Source: the human T2T-CHM13v2.0 reference genome, Homo sapiens. Taken from it: DNA of 64,000 nt. Position numbers and translations under genes: made by a program. The stretch lies in assembly GCF_009914755.1 (NCBI RefSeq), contig NC_060932.1, one strand, 5' to 3'. A model generated the notes under the pieces. That model searched no databases and was not told where the DNA came from. It saw nothing but the letters and a program-made list of their open reading frames with translations. Shown one piece after another: positions 38,661 through 53,702 of this stretch. Numbering within the stretch: the first letter of the stretch is position 1; every line of letters begins with the position of its first letter.

Positions 38661-40073
38661 GTACGCAACCTGGCTCCCCACGCCTGCTCTGGCGAGGGAG
38701 AGAGACTCATCGGGGACGGGAAGGGTGTGGGCGACAACCGGGCCTTTGAGGGTCCCGCAGTTCTGGGGAGGTCCAGGCACAGAAGGGGCCTTGGCCAAAC
38801 GTGTAAGAAGAGAGCCACTAAGCAAGACAGGTGTTTGGAGCAGGAAGAATAATATAGGCCGATCGCCGGGGTTGACGACCTTATGGAACTTTGTTGCCCG
38901 GTGCCGGGAATCTGGATCCAGCAGTGTTCCCCTGCTGCACTCCCCCAAATCCCCACCCCGGGTTATTGTCGGCAGCGATGAGGAGCCAATTCCTGAGGCT
39001 CCAGGTCGTCTCAGTCACCAGGTTGTAAACTATATCCTCCTACCTCTCCGCGCAAGATAAATCATCATCATTCTCGTGACTGGTGTTTGCTGCCTCTGTG
39101 CTGGCCGCACTGTTTGGCTGAAAGGGTTTATTAGGTGCATGGCCAGGCGGTGCGTTCAGGCTTTCTTGGAACCTTAAAGACGTCGGGCGTTAGATAGGCC
39201 TGGACAGGAAAATGTCTCAGAACAAGGCCTTAAACTTGTCACATTCACTGGGAGCCACCTGTTTTGTCTTGCATATCAAAATGGTCATCAGGATATAGGT
39301 CCTTTGGGCAACATTGCAAGCAAAAATGGAAGAATGGGATTTGCTTCCCCTTCAGACCTAGCAAAACTTTAAAAAAAAAAAAAAATCATTGTATCTTGTT
39401 GTAGAGGTAATGGAGTGTGTGCGTGCCTGCCTGTGTTTTTGTGTGCCCACATATGTACATTCAACCAAAGATTCTTTTGGTCTTGACCCATGTTATGTAG
39501 ATTGTGTGTCCCGTTCAGGGATCAATTTCTGGTTAGCTGGAAGCAGGTTTTGTGGCTCTCTCCTCTGTGACAGGGAGGGCGAGGGCCTGAGAGGTGATTA
39601 GGCATTCCTTGGGTGTGGGACTGAGAGATGCTGGTCATGGGATAAGTGGGTGTGGATGAGTCTGTGTAGAGAAATGTGTAGCAGTTATTTACAGTCAGTT
39701 TGCAGTGAGGTGGGTTGCACTGCCCGATTTCCATGGTTGGGAAATCAACAATGATCCATTATAGTTTCCTTCAGTTTGACATAACCATGGGCAGCTTCAT
39801 GGCCCAAATATGTTTCTTGAATTGCAAATTGATCAAATATGCCTTTAAAAGATGGTGAGGTGACTTGTTTCTGAAATGCCATTTAAATGCTGCAGTATGT
39901 TGTCAACTATGTTATGAGTTAACTGAGCGTGACAATAGGTGGAACTATCTACAGTGGTTTGAAGAGGTAGAAATTCAGCAAGTGGCCAGTTGGGTAGAGC
40001 TACTGAATGTTGTTTTAAAATAATTTAACATCACAATTGATGTGTTTTACATGTTAAGATTGACATGGAATCT

Positions 40074-40376
40074 GGCTGGGCCCGGTGGCTCACGCCTGTA
40101 ATCCCAGCACTCTGGGAGGCCGTGGCGGGTGCATCACTTGAGGTCGGGAATTCAAGACCAGCTTGGCCAACATGGTGAAACCCCATCTCTACTAAAAATA
40201 CAAAAATTAGTCAGGCATGGTGGCGGGCACCTGTAATCCCCGCTACTCAGGAGGCTGAAGTAGAAGAATTTCTTGAACCTGGGAGGCGGAGGTTGCAGTT
40301 AGCCGAGATCATGCCATTGTACTCCAGCCTGGGCGACAGAGCAAGACTCTTGTCTCAAAAAATAAATCAAATAAAA
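40074..40376 (+). mobile_element. Alu (AluS)
   Basis: TSD aagat..acatggaatc. Confidence 0.95.
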
Positions 40377-41884
40377 AGATATACATGGAATCAATCAAAT
40401 GTTTTATTTTTAAGCCTCTTACGGAAACTATGACATACAATTTATGTACTTCAAAATCAGAATATAAAGTATTCTTTTTTTACCACAATTATTTGGACAT
40501 TAAAGATTCCTTTGCTTTAAGGTTTTAAAGCAACACTTACACCTCATATATTTGAGCTAAATGTGTATACACAGAATCAGACATTAGCCTTCCACTCTGT
40601 GTGTGGCAGAGCCTTTATTTTGTAATCTAAGTGCAAAAGCACAATGTAGTTACTGTGCTCCACTGATTCTTGTCAGGAAATTGATGTTTCTAAATTCTGG
40701 AGTCCTTTTACCTCTTTGACTCTGTATAGCCCGGAACTGCTTGTGGTACTGAGTACTATATGGAATGTTACATGGCACTCTTCAATTGTGCCTTTGAATT
40801 TCTTTTTTCTTTTTAAATGTTTGGGTTAAAACACTAGCTTATGCTTTAAACCACTAGAAAAGCTTTGATTGTCTGTGTATGTGTGTTGAGATTAAATTTA
40901 AATTACAGGTTTAAACTTTCCTTGCTTTGATGAAAAATTGAAAGGTTTCTGTTTCTCTACTACTTACCCTAGAAATTTTACTGATTGCTCTGCTATTGGA
41001 GCTGATTTTCCTTTTGTGAGAACATCACACTTGGCAACATAATAGAGAAAGTGACTAATATGCAAGTGTTTTGTATTATTTTAAAGCATTTTTTAAAAAT
41101 ACACACACATTTGTGCCCTTTAATTTGGGAGTAGGATAGGTTCTGTCTGTTAACAAGTTCATTTTCTCTGCTGCCTTTTAGAATGTAATACTTTGATGCT
41201 TAAGCGATTTGTTGCCAGAACAATTCCTTAAAGGAAACTTTATTCTCATTAGCCTTAAAATACAGATATCTTAGTTACCCTTGGTCTGGGTAGAAGAATG
41301 AGTGAACTGTAATTGAGGCATTTTTTCCCTTTAAAAATATGTCTCCCCATCTGGTTAGTAATTACCTTTGACCTGCCACCCTTGATACGTGATCACTGCA
41401 TGCTTCACCATGCTTTCTACTGTGTAGTTCACAGTAATTCTGGGAAAATAAGCCTGATTTCTCTTTCCATTCTGATTTTTGATGTTTGTGGGTCCAAATT
41501 TTATTTGGCTGTGACTTCTCATATATCTAAATTTTGATAGAGCTCCTGTATCAGTGTCCAGGAACCTAAGGGAGAACACTGGCCACTGTTATTCATAGCC
41601 TAAAGGTAGTAAGATACAAATGCCAACATTTGTTCTCTTGAGCCCTTTCTTGTGAAGTTTGTCGTTTGCCTTTATTGATGCCTTCTGTGATTTTTACCCT
41701 TTATTTCCCTTTTTTAAAATAACCTTTCAAAAACTTGTTGGCATTTACTTTTCTTTAACCATTTATCCTTTCTTTTTCTTTTTTTATTAACCTTTTTTTG
41801 TTTGTTTGTTTAACTGACGTATGATTTACCTCTAACCTATAGGGCATTGTAATCTCGGAATAACGCATAAGAATTAAGTGTTTC

Positions 41885-42027
41885 TGGCTGGGCATGGTGG
41901 TTTGCACCCAAGTAATCCCAGCTGCTCTGGGGGTTGAGGTAGGAGTATCCCTTGGGGCCAGGAGTTCAAGACCAGTCTGGGCAACATAGCGATACTCTGT
42001 CACTAAACTTAAAAAATAATAATAATT
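41885..42027 (+). mobile_element. Alu monomer (FLAM-like)
   Basis: Single arm plus A-rich tail. Confidence 0.8.
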
Positions 42028-42635
42028 AGGGTTTCCGGGATAAATAGTAATTCTGATATGAAAGAAATAAGATGTTTCTGGGTTGAATCCCATGGTTTTG
42101 AATTGTATTGTAAAGAAATATAAATAATTCAATGACTTATAACATAGGCACATCAAATGTGATTGGAATTATTTAGACTTTTGTAGACTTATCGGTGGAC
42201 AAACTGAAGGCATTAACGTAGGCATAATTAGGTGAACGTAACAGCTTACCATTTTTGTTTGCTGAGCTCTCCTCAGTCTGTTTTCGTGAATGAGAACTCA
42301 CAGTTTCCCAGATGACCAGCCTTGACACCACATCTTCAAGGGGTAGCTCAGTGAAGAAACACTGCCCCTGCGTTTAAAGGCCGTCTTGACCCACCTAGCC
42401 TTTGTCCAAATCTCTAATATTCCTGGAAATTTAAAGTAACTCCTTTTGAAAAATGGGTAGAGCCAACACCACTTTAAAGTTTGCATTAAATTCATGCATG
42501 CCACTAGCCCATTGACTCCTCACATTTTCCACACAACGGACAAAACAATGACTACAACTGCTTCTAACTTAAAGAGTTGTCATAGCTTAAGGATGGTCAT
42601 GAATTGTTTTACACTTTAAAAGATTATGTTCTTGA

Positions 42636-42918
42636 GGCCAGGTGCAGGTGGCTCTTTGGGAGGCCAGGGGGGTGGATCACATGAGGCTAGGAGCCTGAGA
42701 CCAGCCTGGCAACATGGCAAAACCTCGTCTCTACTAAAAATACAAAAATTAGTAGGGAATGGTGGTGCACGCCTGTAATCCCAGCTACTCGGGAGGCTGA
42801 GACACGAGAATCACTTGATCCTGGGACCAGAGGTTACAGTGAGCCAAGATTGCGCCACTGCACTCCAGCCAGGGTGACAGAGTGAGACTCTGTCTCAAAA
42901 AAAAAAAAAAAAAAAAAA
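42636..42918 (+). mobile_element. Alu
   Basis: TSD aaaagatta..ttcttg. Confidence 0.93.
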
Positions 42919-42941
42919 GATTACATTCTTGGGAATAGTGA

Positions 42942-43274
<333 letters not shown>

Positions 43275-43644
43275 TGATTTTTTTTTTTCTGAGTCGGTTT
43301 CTATTATAAAGAAAGATTTAATAGGTTCACAGAGACAGGAAAGGAGAAAAAAAAAAAGCCAAACAAAAAAGTCTTTTAAATAAGGACTTCATAAAAGAGA
43401 GAATTCATACGTAAGTAGTTATTAATTTTAGAAATAAGGGAATCCTTATGCGAGAGAAGGCCTAGAGTGCAGACAGATAAGAATGGCAGTATTGGATGAT
43501 TGCTCTCCTAATGGGCCTTGAAAGTCCTGGGATGAAGTAGCAAAATTTGAAATCTGTTATACAAAGTACTATTAGAAGACAGTAAAGTAATATTGGAAGA
43601 ATAAAGTAAAAGCAGATGATTGAGTGAAACAATGGATGACAGTA

Positions 43645-44137
43645 CAGGTTCTTTCTTATGTGAAATATGTGGAACCAGAAGTATTTCAGTTTTTGGGGTT
43701 TTTTTAGATTTTGAAATATTTGTTTATACTAATGAGATATCTTGGGAATGGGATCCAAGTCTAAACACGAAATTCATTATGTTTTATATCCACCTTATAC
43801 ATATAACCTGAAGGTAATTTTATACAATATTTTAAATGACTTTATGAGACAAAGTGTGTGTACACTGAACCATCTTATCACCCTTTGTGAGCACGCTTGC
43901 ATGGGAGAATCTGGCTGTGCATGGAAAAGATACATGGCAGCTGATGGGGGCTGGAAGGGTCTTTTTCTCTTGGGGACACTGAATAAACTATGTGTTGTGC
44001 GCCTGCATTTTGACTGTGACCCCTCACATGAGGTCGGGTTTGGAATTTCCCACTTGTGGTATCATGTCAGTGCTCAAAAGTTTCAGATTTTGGAGCCTTT
44101 CTGACTTCAGAATTTAAGATCAGGGATGCTCAACCTG
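43645..44137 (-). mobile_element. Tigger4/Zombi (MER46-like) DNA transposon
   Basis: Terminal inverted repeats CAGGTT.. / ..GGGATGCTCAACCTG. Confidence 0.75.
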
Positions 44138-44265
44138 TGGTAGTATTAGTGTAAATTTAAGATAATGGTGTCACCAAATAGAAAGAGGTAATAAGAATGA
44201 CTTAATGTGAAAAATTGTTTATTAGCTTGAGATTTTACCTTAACAAATTTTACCTTATTTAGTAA

Positions 44266-44803
<538 letters not shown>

Positions 44804-45202
44804 AGCTTACTGCATTTTTATGTTTACATTGCCTGTTCTGCTTGCATAATTAAACTCTTAAGGATTGAGACAGTGCTTTATCTTGAGATTTTTCATAGTA
44901 TCTGATAGTAGGCGCTCAGTAAGTGTGAAACTAAATGAATGGAAAGAGGAATAGAGCCTAAAGTTACTTGAAATTTAGTAGAAAGAATAAAGAAGTACCT
45001 TATTGAGCCTTGAAGCTATCCAGTATTTATAAGAGGGATAAAATTAAACAAATTAAGCAGTTTTGGTAACTTAGGCCCAGATTTAGTCACCAAAAAAATT
45101 GTCAACTAAGAATGGTGAGAAAACAAGATAAATTAATGATAGCATGCATTAGTTGATTTTTTTTTTCCAAAACTTAATTTTTAAATATTTTCTTCTCTAC
45201 AG

Positions 45203-45355
45203 ATTGATAGGCAGCAGTTTGAAGAAACAGTTCGAACTCTAAATAACCTTTATGCAGAAGCAGAGAAGCTCGGCGGCCAGTCATATCTCGAAGGTTGTTT
45301 GGCTTGTTTAACAGCATATACCATCTTCCTATGCATGGAAACTCATTATGAGAAG
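45203..45355 (+). CDS. GOLGA7: GOLGA7 coding exon 2 (aa 38-88; includes palmitoylated Cys69/Cys72)
   Basis: ttttcttctctacag| acceptor; [51 protein letters not shown]; |gtaatg donor; 153 nt. Confidence 0.97.
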
Positions 45356-46802
45356 GTAATGCTACATTTGTTTTCACAAAAATCTCTTAAAATCATGAAG
45401 AAGGCAAGTTTATTACACATTGATGCTTACATGGTGATAGTTGCCGTAAAATATTTAGGGGCATTTATCATTCAAATTGTGTTGTTCCTGTGTACAGAGG
45501 CACATAGTCCTGAGTCTTTCAAAACAGGTTGCAGTTGGTATGTCCACTTGCAGATGATGTGTCAATGTTCAGACTGGCCTACACTTAAGAAGAATGTAGA
45601 AAATCTATATGTTCTCTTCCTACTCAGCTTTCTGGGAATGTTTTTACTTTATTTCCCTAAATTTCACTCTCTTCTCCCACCTGAGTTCTTACTTTCTCTT
45701 TCCAGCTGCCTACTAGCTCCCGAATTGCTGATTTCTCAACTTAAGATGACCAGAAGTCAAACCTCCCACCTCCCCATTTTGTCAATAGCACCCCTGTCTT
45801 TTCAGTACCATCTTTGGGCATGAGGGATGAAGAAGAGGGAAAAATTAATCTGTTTTCAAAGACTGAAGTATCTTTCATTTTCCCAGTCATTAACTTTTTG
45901 TGATTTCCTCTGCCACTATCCTGGGTTATGCCCTTATTCTGTCTCTCCTAGACTATTGAAATAGTCTGACTTGTCTCATTTCTTCCCTCCTTTTGCTTTT
46001 CTAAACTATCTGCTGTTGTTTTTATAAAGCGCAGATTTACTTCCCCTACTACTTCTGCCAAGTCGGAGACCTTCCCTGGATTCCCATGTTTTACCACTGA
46101 GTAAAATTCAAGGCCCTGCTCAAGTTGACCTCAGCTTACCTTTCCAGCGCTACCTCCCATTCCTTCCTTCACTTTCTCCCTCAGCCAAACTCCATCCCTC
46201 ACTGGTCAGCAAACATACCCACTGTGGTTCTCCTCCACCTGGAATGCTATCTTCCCAGGTTCAAATCCCACCAGTCCCTTAGGTCTCACTTCCATCTAAC
46301 TTGTTCTCTGTTTTAGTCAGAATTCTTTCTCTTCTCTTGTGTCCCTACAACATTTTATTTGTATCTGTTTTCTGGCACTTGCCTCACTCTTCTTTGGAAT
46401 GTAGCAGTTTATTTTCTTGTCTTATTTGCCTTTCAAGTATGTACTTTTCTTGAGGACAATGCCTTAACCATTTTGTATCCCTCTTCATGCCTAACACCAT
46501 GCTTTGGGTATATCAGGCACTCATTGAATGTATGTTAAATAAACGACTGTAAATTAATCACGGTAAGCCCCTGGTATATCACTAAATTCTGACAGTGCTT
46601 AGAAAACGAAATGCTATAAGAATATATTATGACCCATCTGATAGAAATGTCTTACACTCCATGTAGTGGAGAGTGCATATAGTTGCAGCTAAAGTTTTTG
46701 GAGCTGTTGGCTGAAAATGCTGTTGTATTCTTCATTACCATCCTGTTCCATCTCATATAAACAGGTATATTTAAGTATAGTTATTTATATCCTTCCCCAT
46801 GT

Positions 46803-47619
46803 TGAAACAGGAAAAGTTCTCTTGTCCCCCTCGCAGGGCGTGTGATGGGGTGTGGCTTGCTTCTTCAGTACCCTGCTGCTCAAACCTCTAGGAGAGCATA
46901 CAGATGGGCAGGCTGTGGGGCTCCAACCCCACAGCAGTGTCTAGGGGTGAATGTTTTACAGCTCCTGAAGCCCCAGTGGGCATATGTTACAGGGTGCTCT
47001 TTTAGTTTAGCCATCCATAGGCGGCTTGTGTTAGCTCAATTAGACCCCTGCCTTATCACAAGGGCAGAGGGCTTTCTGTATCCCAGAGTTCTTGCCTTGG
47101 TGTACCAGAAGAATCGGATCACATGTGGGCTTGGAGAATGAGTGCAAGGTTTTGTTGAGTGGAAGTAGCTCTCAGCAGATGGGGGAGCCAGAAGGGAGAT
47201 AGTTTTCCCCTGGAGTCAGGCCGCTCGATGACCGAACTCTTCTCCAACCACCCTGGCCAAACTCCACCTGATTCTGCCAATTGATGGCCTACCGGTGTGC
47301 CAGTGTGCTCCTACGCCAGTGTGTTCCTCTTGACATCCAGCCACCCTGTGTGTTCCTCCACTAATGTGCACCTCTTGACATCCAGCCACCTGTTTGTCTG
47401 CCTGCTGGGGTCTCAGGGCTTTTATAGGCACAGGATAGGGGTGTGGCAGGCCAGGGTGGAAATGCAGCATTTGGGCAGGAAAACAAAAATGTCTGTCTTC
47501 ACTACTGGGCACAGGCCTGGAGGTGGAGCGCTAGCCAGGGACCATGCCCTTCTCTACCCAGCACTTCCCTGCCTGCTTCTGTATGATTTAAAGGGACCGT
47601 GCTCTTCCCTTCCATATCA
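46803..47619 (-). mobile_element. ERV1 solo LTR (LTR28/LTR1-like), antisense in GOLGA7 intron
   Basis: TG..CA ends; minus strand starts TGATATGGAAGGGAAGAGCACGGTCCCTTTAAAT; minus-strand TATAAAA ~47420; internal repeat cctcttgacatccagccacc x2. Confidence 0.75.
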
Positions 47620-47729
47620 ATACACAGAGAAGCTTTCATTCCTGTTTAACTTTCAAAATCAGAAGTTATCAAGGCTCTATGTCAGCTTTCAGTCTGTTTC
47701 AGTGTATCTCCTCTCTAATAATACGTTCA

Positions 47730-48620
47730 GTGAGTGAAGGCTCAGGGGATTTGTTTGCTCAGTAACTATTGAAAGCCTACTATGTGCTAAGCAAAGTGCT
47801 GGGACATAACGGAACAGGGCGAACATGGTTGCTGACCTTGTGGAGTTTATAATTAAGTGGTGAAAGCTGATAATAACAAGGAAACAAAGCCAGCAAAATT
47901 ACACATTATGATAAGTGCCTTGAAGGAAACAAACTGGCCTATGCTTGAAAATAATAAGCGGGACCTAATCTAGGGTGTGTGGTCAGAAGAGGCCTCTGAG
48001 GTGGTGACATTTAAGCTGTTGCATGAAGGATGAAAAGCCTGGGGCATTAAGGCAGAAAGATGAACATACACAAAGGCCCAGAGAGCTTGATGGACCTTGG
48101 GAACTGAGAGAAGGTGATGCACAGGAGAGGAGGGGCAGAGAATGATGGGAGGTGGATTTGGAGAGGTAAGCAGGAGCTGTAACATGGAGTGCCTAGTCCA
48201 TGGAATGAAGTGTAGATTTTATTTTTAGTGCAAGTGGGAAGCTACTCAAAGGATTTAATCAAGAGAGTGATGTGATGAGATTTTCATTTTATTTATTTTT
48301 GTAATAGAGACAGGGTCTCACTGTGTTGTCCACGCTGGTCTCGAACTCCTGGGCTCAAGCGATCCTCTCACCTCAGCCTCTCAGAGTATTGGGATTAAAG
48401 GCCTGAGCCGCTGCGCCCAGCAAGATTTTCATTTTAAAGAGATCTCTTTGCTTTGTGGAAAAAAGGCATAAGAATAGAAGTAGGGAAACTAGTCAGGAAG
48501 CTCCACAGAAGTCCAGGCAAGAGTGAGATAGCCTGGATTAGGAAGGGAGCAGGGGAGGTGCAAAGAGGTGACCAGCTCCAAGGGATATGTTGATAGTTGG
48601 TATGAATGTAGGAGGGGAGG
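47730..48620. mobile_element. L2 fragment with nested Alu monomer (48285-48421, minus)
   Basis: cctactatgtgc..gaggtgacatttaagctg..gagtgatgtgatgagattttcatttta motifs. Confidence 0.6.
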
Positions 48621-49002
48621 GTAAAGCTGAATTCACATAGGTAGAAACTTTATCATCTGGAATGACTATTTACAGAAGTCCATAATATTGCTAATTTAAG
48701 GTAGAAGCACATCTCTTGAGTATTTTATTCATGCTTAGTGAAGTATTAAAAGGCTTGAGTTGTTATTACATTTGTTGATAAAATTTTAATTGTATTTGTC
48801 AAAGTGTATTTGCTGAAATAGAAGTACTGATGTCATTTGTAAAAAGAAATTGGTAATTGGGTGCTAGTCAGTTTATACTAATTATGAGATCTTGGACAAA
48901 TTAATCTCTCTGAATTCTCTCAACTATAAAATGTATATTAGAATTAATAATTTTCCTTACATGTGGTTAGTGCTTAATAAACAGTGTTTTCTTGAGGTCG
49001 AT

Positions 49003-49389
49003 TTTTTTTTTTTTTTAATTGAGACAGAGTCTTGCTCTGTCACCCGGGCTGGAATGCAGTGGTGCGATCCCGGCTCACTGCAACCTCCACCTCCTGGGTT
49101 CAAGTGATTCTTGTGCCAGTAGAGATGAAGTTTCACCATATTGACCAGGCTGGTCTCAAACTCCTGGCCTCAAGTAATCCACCTGCATTGGCCTCCCAAA
49201 GTTCTAGGATTACAGGTGTGAGTCACTGCACCCAGCACTCAGCCTTTATTACTTACTTTTTTAAAAAAAACTAGAGATGGGGTCTCACTATGTTGGCTAG
49301 GCTGGTCTTGCACTCCTGGCCTCAAGCGATCCTCCCATCTCGGCCTCCCAAAGTGCTAGGGCTACAGGCATGAGCCACTGTGCCCAGCC
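49003..49389 (-). mobile_element. Internally deleted Alu (49003-49236) plus Alu monomer (49257-49389)
   Basis: Junction gattcttgtgcc|agtagaga removes the Alu centre. Confidence 0.85.
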
Positions 49390-50892
49390 AAGATAGATTT
49401 TAAATGAAGTTACCTATGTAAGTTTTAATCAGATATTTGTGAACTCACATATGATTTTTTATTTTCAAGTATAAGTAATCTTTTAGCCAGCCGCTAGTTT
49501 ATTTGGGTGCTGAAAACACTTAGCAGCTCTCAATTAAAAACCTTCCAATTATTAAATCTTGGAAGATGGTCCTAAATACCAGAAATACAATGGAAATTGG
49601 TTGATCCCAGTATATGTTTTAGCTTGGATTTGTAGACATTGTGTAAGGTCCTATTTTATAGGTCTAAGCAAGGCCCCTTTCTTTTTATAGAGCAAATGTT
49701 ACAAAGCAAATAAAGACCAAATAAAATTAATCCAGAAACCAAATTTAAGGCATGGCCACATTTTAAAAATAGGTGATATTTTGTAGAAACTGAACATGGA
49801 TAATTAGATTGTGCAGAATTAATAACTGGAATGATGATAGTTAAGATATGATATACCTATACTTTTAATAGAAGTGTGCATTTGTGTTTTGATAAAATGA
49901 TTAAAATGTAAGCACAGCTGCCCTCTCCCTTTCCCAGTTTGTCTCTGAGGAATTTTTGTGCTATTATTTTCTACTTACAAAAGGATGAGGTTGAGTCATT
50001 TAGTCTCTATTGTTTTAAACACCGAAATTCCTAGTCTACAAACAGTAAGCCAAATATAACAGTGCTTATACTTTGTCATGTGTGTTAAATTTTTTGAAAT
50101 TGTAAATAGGCCTTTTAAAACTCACTAGAACAATCATGCATTTTTCCCTATAATGTGCTATTTATTGATTTAAAATGAAGATAAAGACTTCAGTGTTATT
50201 TCTCTATTGTTGCTACCCATGATAATTAGGGGACAAATGGGCTCGTGGAAGGTTCCCCTTTCAGTATCTCTCTGCCTTGTTCATGAACTAGAAAACATCC
50301 CTTCTGCCTATGTGCTGTAATCTCTAGAAGGAACACAGGAGAGAACTTGGGTATGTTCTGAAAACAGTAAGATGTGGTGTTACTTAGCCTCAATCAGGCC
50401 ATTTTTCTTGAAGGTCTGGAAGGCTTTCTCCAGTTGAATATCCTCAGGGAGGACAGTAGTTTTTCCAAGGTTTGATTGTGTTTCACTTTGTAAATATTAT
50501 ACAAATTGAAGTTTTGTTGAGGATTTGAAAGTAGCAGATAACTTTGTTAAATATTATGGTTTGCTTTGACATTGATTTACCAAAAATAATAAAGTGTGAA
50601 TAAAATGTCAACATATGATTTCTTGGGGGTGAGAATGGCGCTTTGTCCTTTCTGAGATTGTGGTATGAGTTTACACATATTAATGCTCTTCTGCTATTAA
50701 AGAGACTTTAAGAGTTTTATCGTTTGTTTTAATTTTTATTTTATTTTTATTTTGAGACTAAGTTTTAAAGCATCTTGTTAAGGACAGTGTTGCCTTCACC
50801 ACAATAGTATAAGAATATTTAGAGCTTATACAAAAAGGAAAACTAATTGTTTTCTTTCTGAACTGATACCCAAGTGCATATCAATGTTACTA

Positions 50893-51847
<955 letters not shown>

Positions 51848-53600
51848 CTTGCCCAGCAAAGTTATGCTTGAACCAGATAAAAGAATGATGTTGCCGTTTC
51901 TTTGCTCGTAACCTGTACTCGGAGAAAGGAGACGGAAAGCTGTTCTGAAGGAATCCTTTCTTTGAAACCAGCCATGCAGGCATTTTTCTGAGTGTCTTCC
52001 CTAGTATTACTGGACTGGAGTGAAGGGAGACTGAGTCTCCAGTTTCCAATTCTGCAGGTGAACTGAGAAGGAAATTAGAAGATTGAGAGGCCTTAGTTGG
52101 GCACCTTTATGGGCTACTTCCTTCTATTCATTATTTTAGGATGATTGACAAACTCTGATGTGAAGATAGTGCCTAAGGGGGTTTTTTTGCTCATAAAGAC
52201 CAAGCACAGCTAAAATTCTTTGAATGCTGAAAATAGGAGAATGATACATGCATTGCTTCAGGTAATTAGATGAAAAAAACAAATCTTTTATTTAGAAATA
52301 ATACTCCTAATTTATTACATAAGAACCATGCAGATTGCTCTTTGAATAATCTTATGCTCTTTTGAAGAAGCATAAAACATGAGATTTTTTTATCCCCAAA
52401 AAATATTTGAATAAAGTGTTTAAATTACTTTTCTTCAATTAGAAAATTCTTTATATGAAACAGGTAGAGTTTTAAATTCTAAATCAGTTTATACCAAAGC
52501 ATCTAAATTGTGACATCCTAATTTGTTAAGTTTGGTCTGTATGTTATATAAGCCACACTTAAATCATTGCTTAATTTCCAACTTTATTTCCATACACTTC
52601 TTTTTTCCCTTTAAGTTGTGGTCACATTTGTGACTTTATCATTTGCTAATAGTGTGAATTTAAGGAAATATATAGTAATTTAAAGAACTGGATCAAAGCC
52701 TCTTTTGAACATTAGAGCCAGAAAAAAGTTATGATGACTTCGAGCCTGAAATAAAACATGTAACTCTTTGATTTGGGATGTAGCTATTAAGATTTATTTT
52801 CTTCTAGCTTATCTGTCTCAGAATTGCCTTTATTAAAGCTGGAGATTTGGCAATTTCCAGAAGTTCCTTTGTATCCTATCTGGTTTTTGTCTACATTTGC
52901 TTTGACTTTTACAAGCTTAATACTAAACTTATAAATTGAGGTTCCTGTCTAGGAAATGAGCAAACTGCAGAATAGCACTACATGCAGTCATGGAAATGAC
53001 ATAAGACACTTGTATTTATCAGAAACTCCCTGGCAGCTAATGCCCACATGCTCTACAAAGGAAATAAACTTCTTAGTTTTGAAATAATGGGGCTACCTTT
53101 TGTTATAAGCCCACCTTATATCATTACTTTAAATTGATGAACATGTACAAAGGAGAGAAGCAGTCCTTTAAGTTTTGTAAAAGGCAAGGCCAAGAACTGT
53201 CCTTGATTTTAGAAGATGTCACATTAACAGCACTTTATGAATAGGAAAAGAGAAGCTTGAGCAGCCATTGTGTATATAACCATCTGTGTGTTTCTCCATA
53301 TGCAGGATTGAGGTGACTGGGAAGTAGGGAGGAGTGGGTTGGTTCTCATCGTGCCATTGTATGCTTTTGCATTTATTTACATTGTGTCGAAGATATTTTT
53401 GACTGGAAGAGTCCCTCACACTTGGCTGTATGTCATATGCAACTCATGTGAGCCAAGTAATCACAGCTGTATTCCACCATATGAATATCCATGTGACTTG
53501 CCTTGAAAACGAATTCCCACTGCCTATTTTGAGATCTCACTAACACTTAAAGGGAAATCTGATGAAGTTTGTAAGAAGCTGTGGTGTTTCTTTCTGTCAG

Positions 53601-53702
53601 GTTCTGAAGAAAGTCTCCAAATACATTCAAGAGCAGAATGAGAAGATCTATGCTCCACAAGGCCTCCTCCTGACAGACCCTATTGAGCGAGGACTGCGAG
53701 TT
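53601..53702 (+). CDS. GOLGA7: GOLGA7 coding exon 3 (aa 89-122)
   Basis: tttctttctgtcag| acceptor; [34 protein letters not shown]; 102 nt; donor |gtatcttt. Confidence 0.96.

Larger units (their letters stand above)
37880..38900. promoter_or_regulatory. GOLGA7: CpG-island promoter of GOLGA7
   Basis: Sharp rise in GC and CpG content. CCAAT near 37893, GC boxes (GGGGCGGGG ~38231), ETS-type CCGGAA cores (~38070), no obvious TATA. Surrounds the first coding exon. Confidence 0.9.

Noticed and set aside
38172-38852. 226-aa ORF in frame with the GOLGA7 ATG (apparent N-terminal extension)
   Set aside because: GTG start in a stop-poor CpG island; it reads through an acceptor and a donor, and only 38550-38660 matches GCP16.
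37829-38956. Long minus-strand ORFs (253, 191 and 118 aa) over the promoter
   Set aside because: Low-complexity Pro/Arg/Gly translations expected in GC-rich DNA; no recognisable domain.
45299-45823. 174-aa ORF beginning in exon 2
   Set aside because: Exon read-through into intron from a TTG start; a canonical donor lies at 45356.
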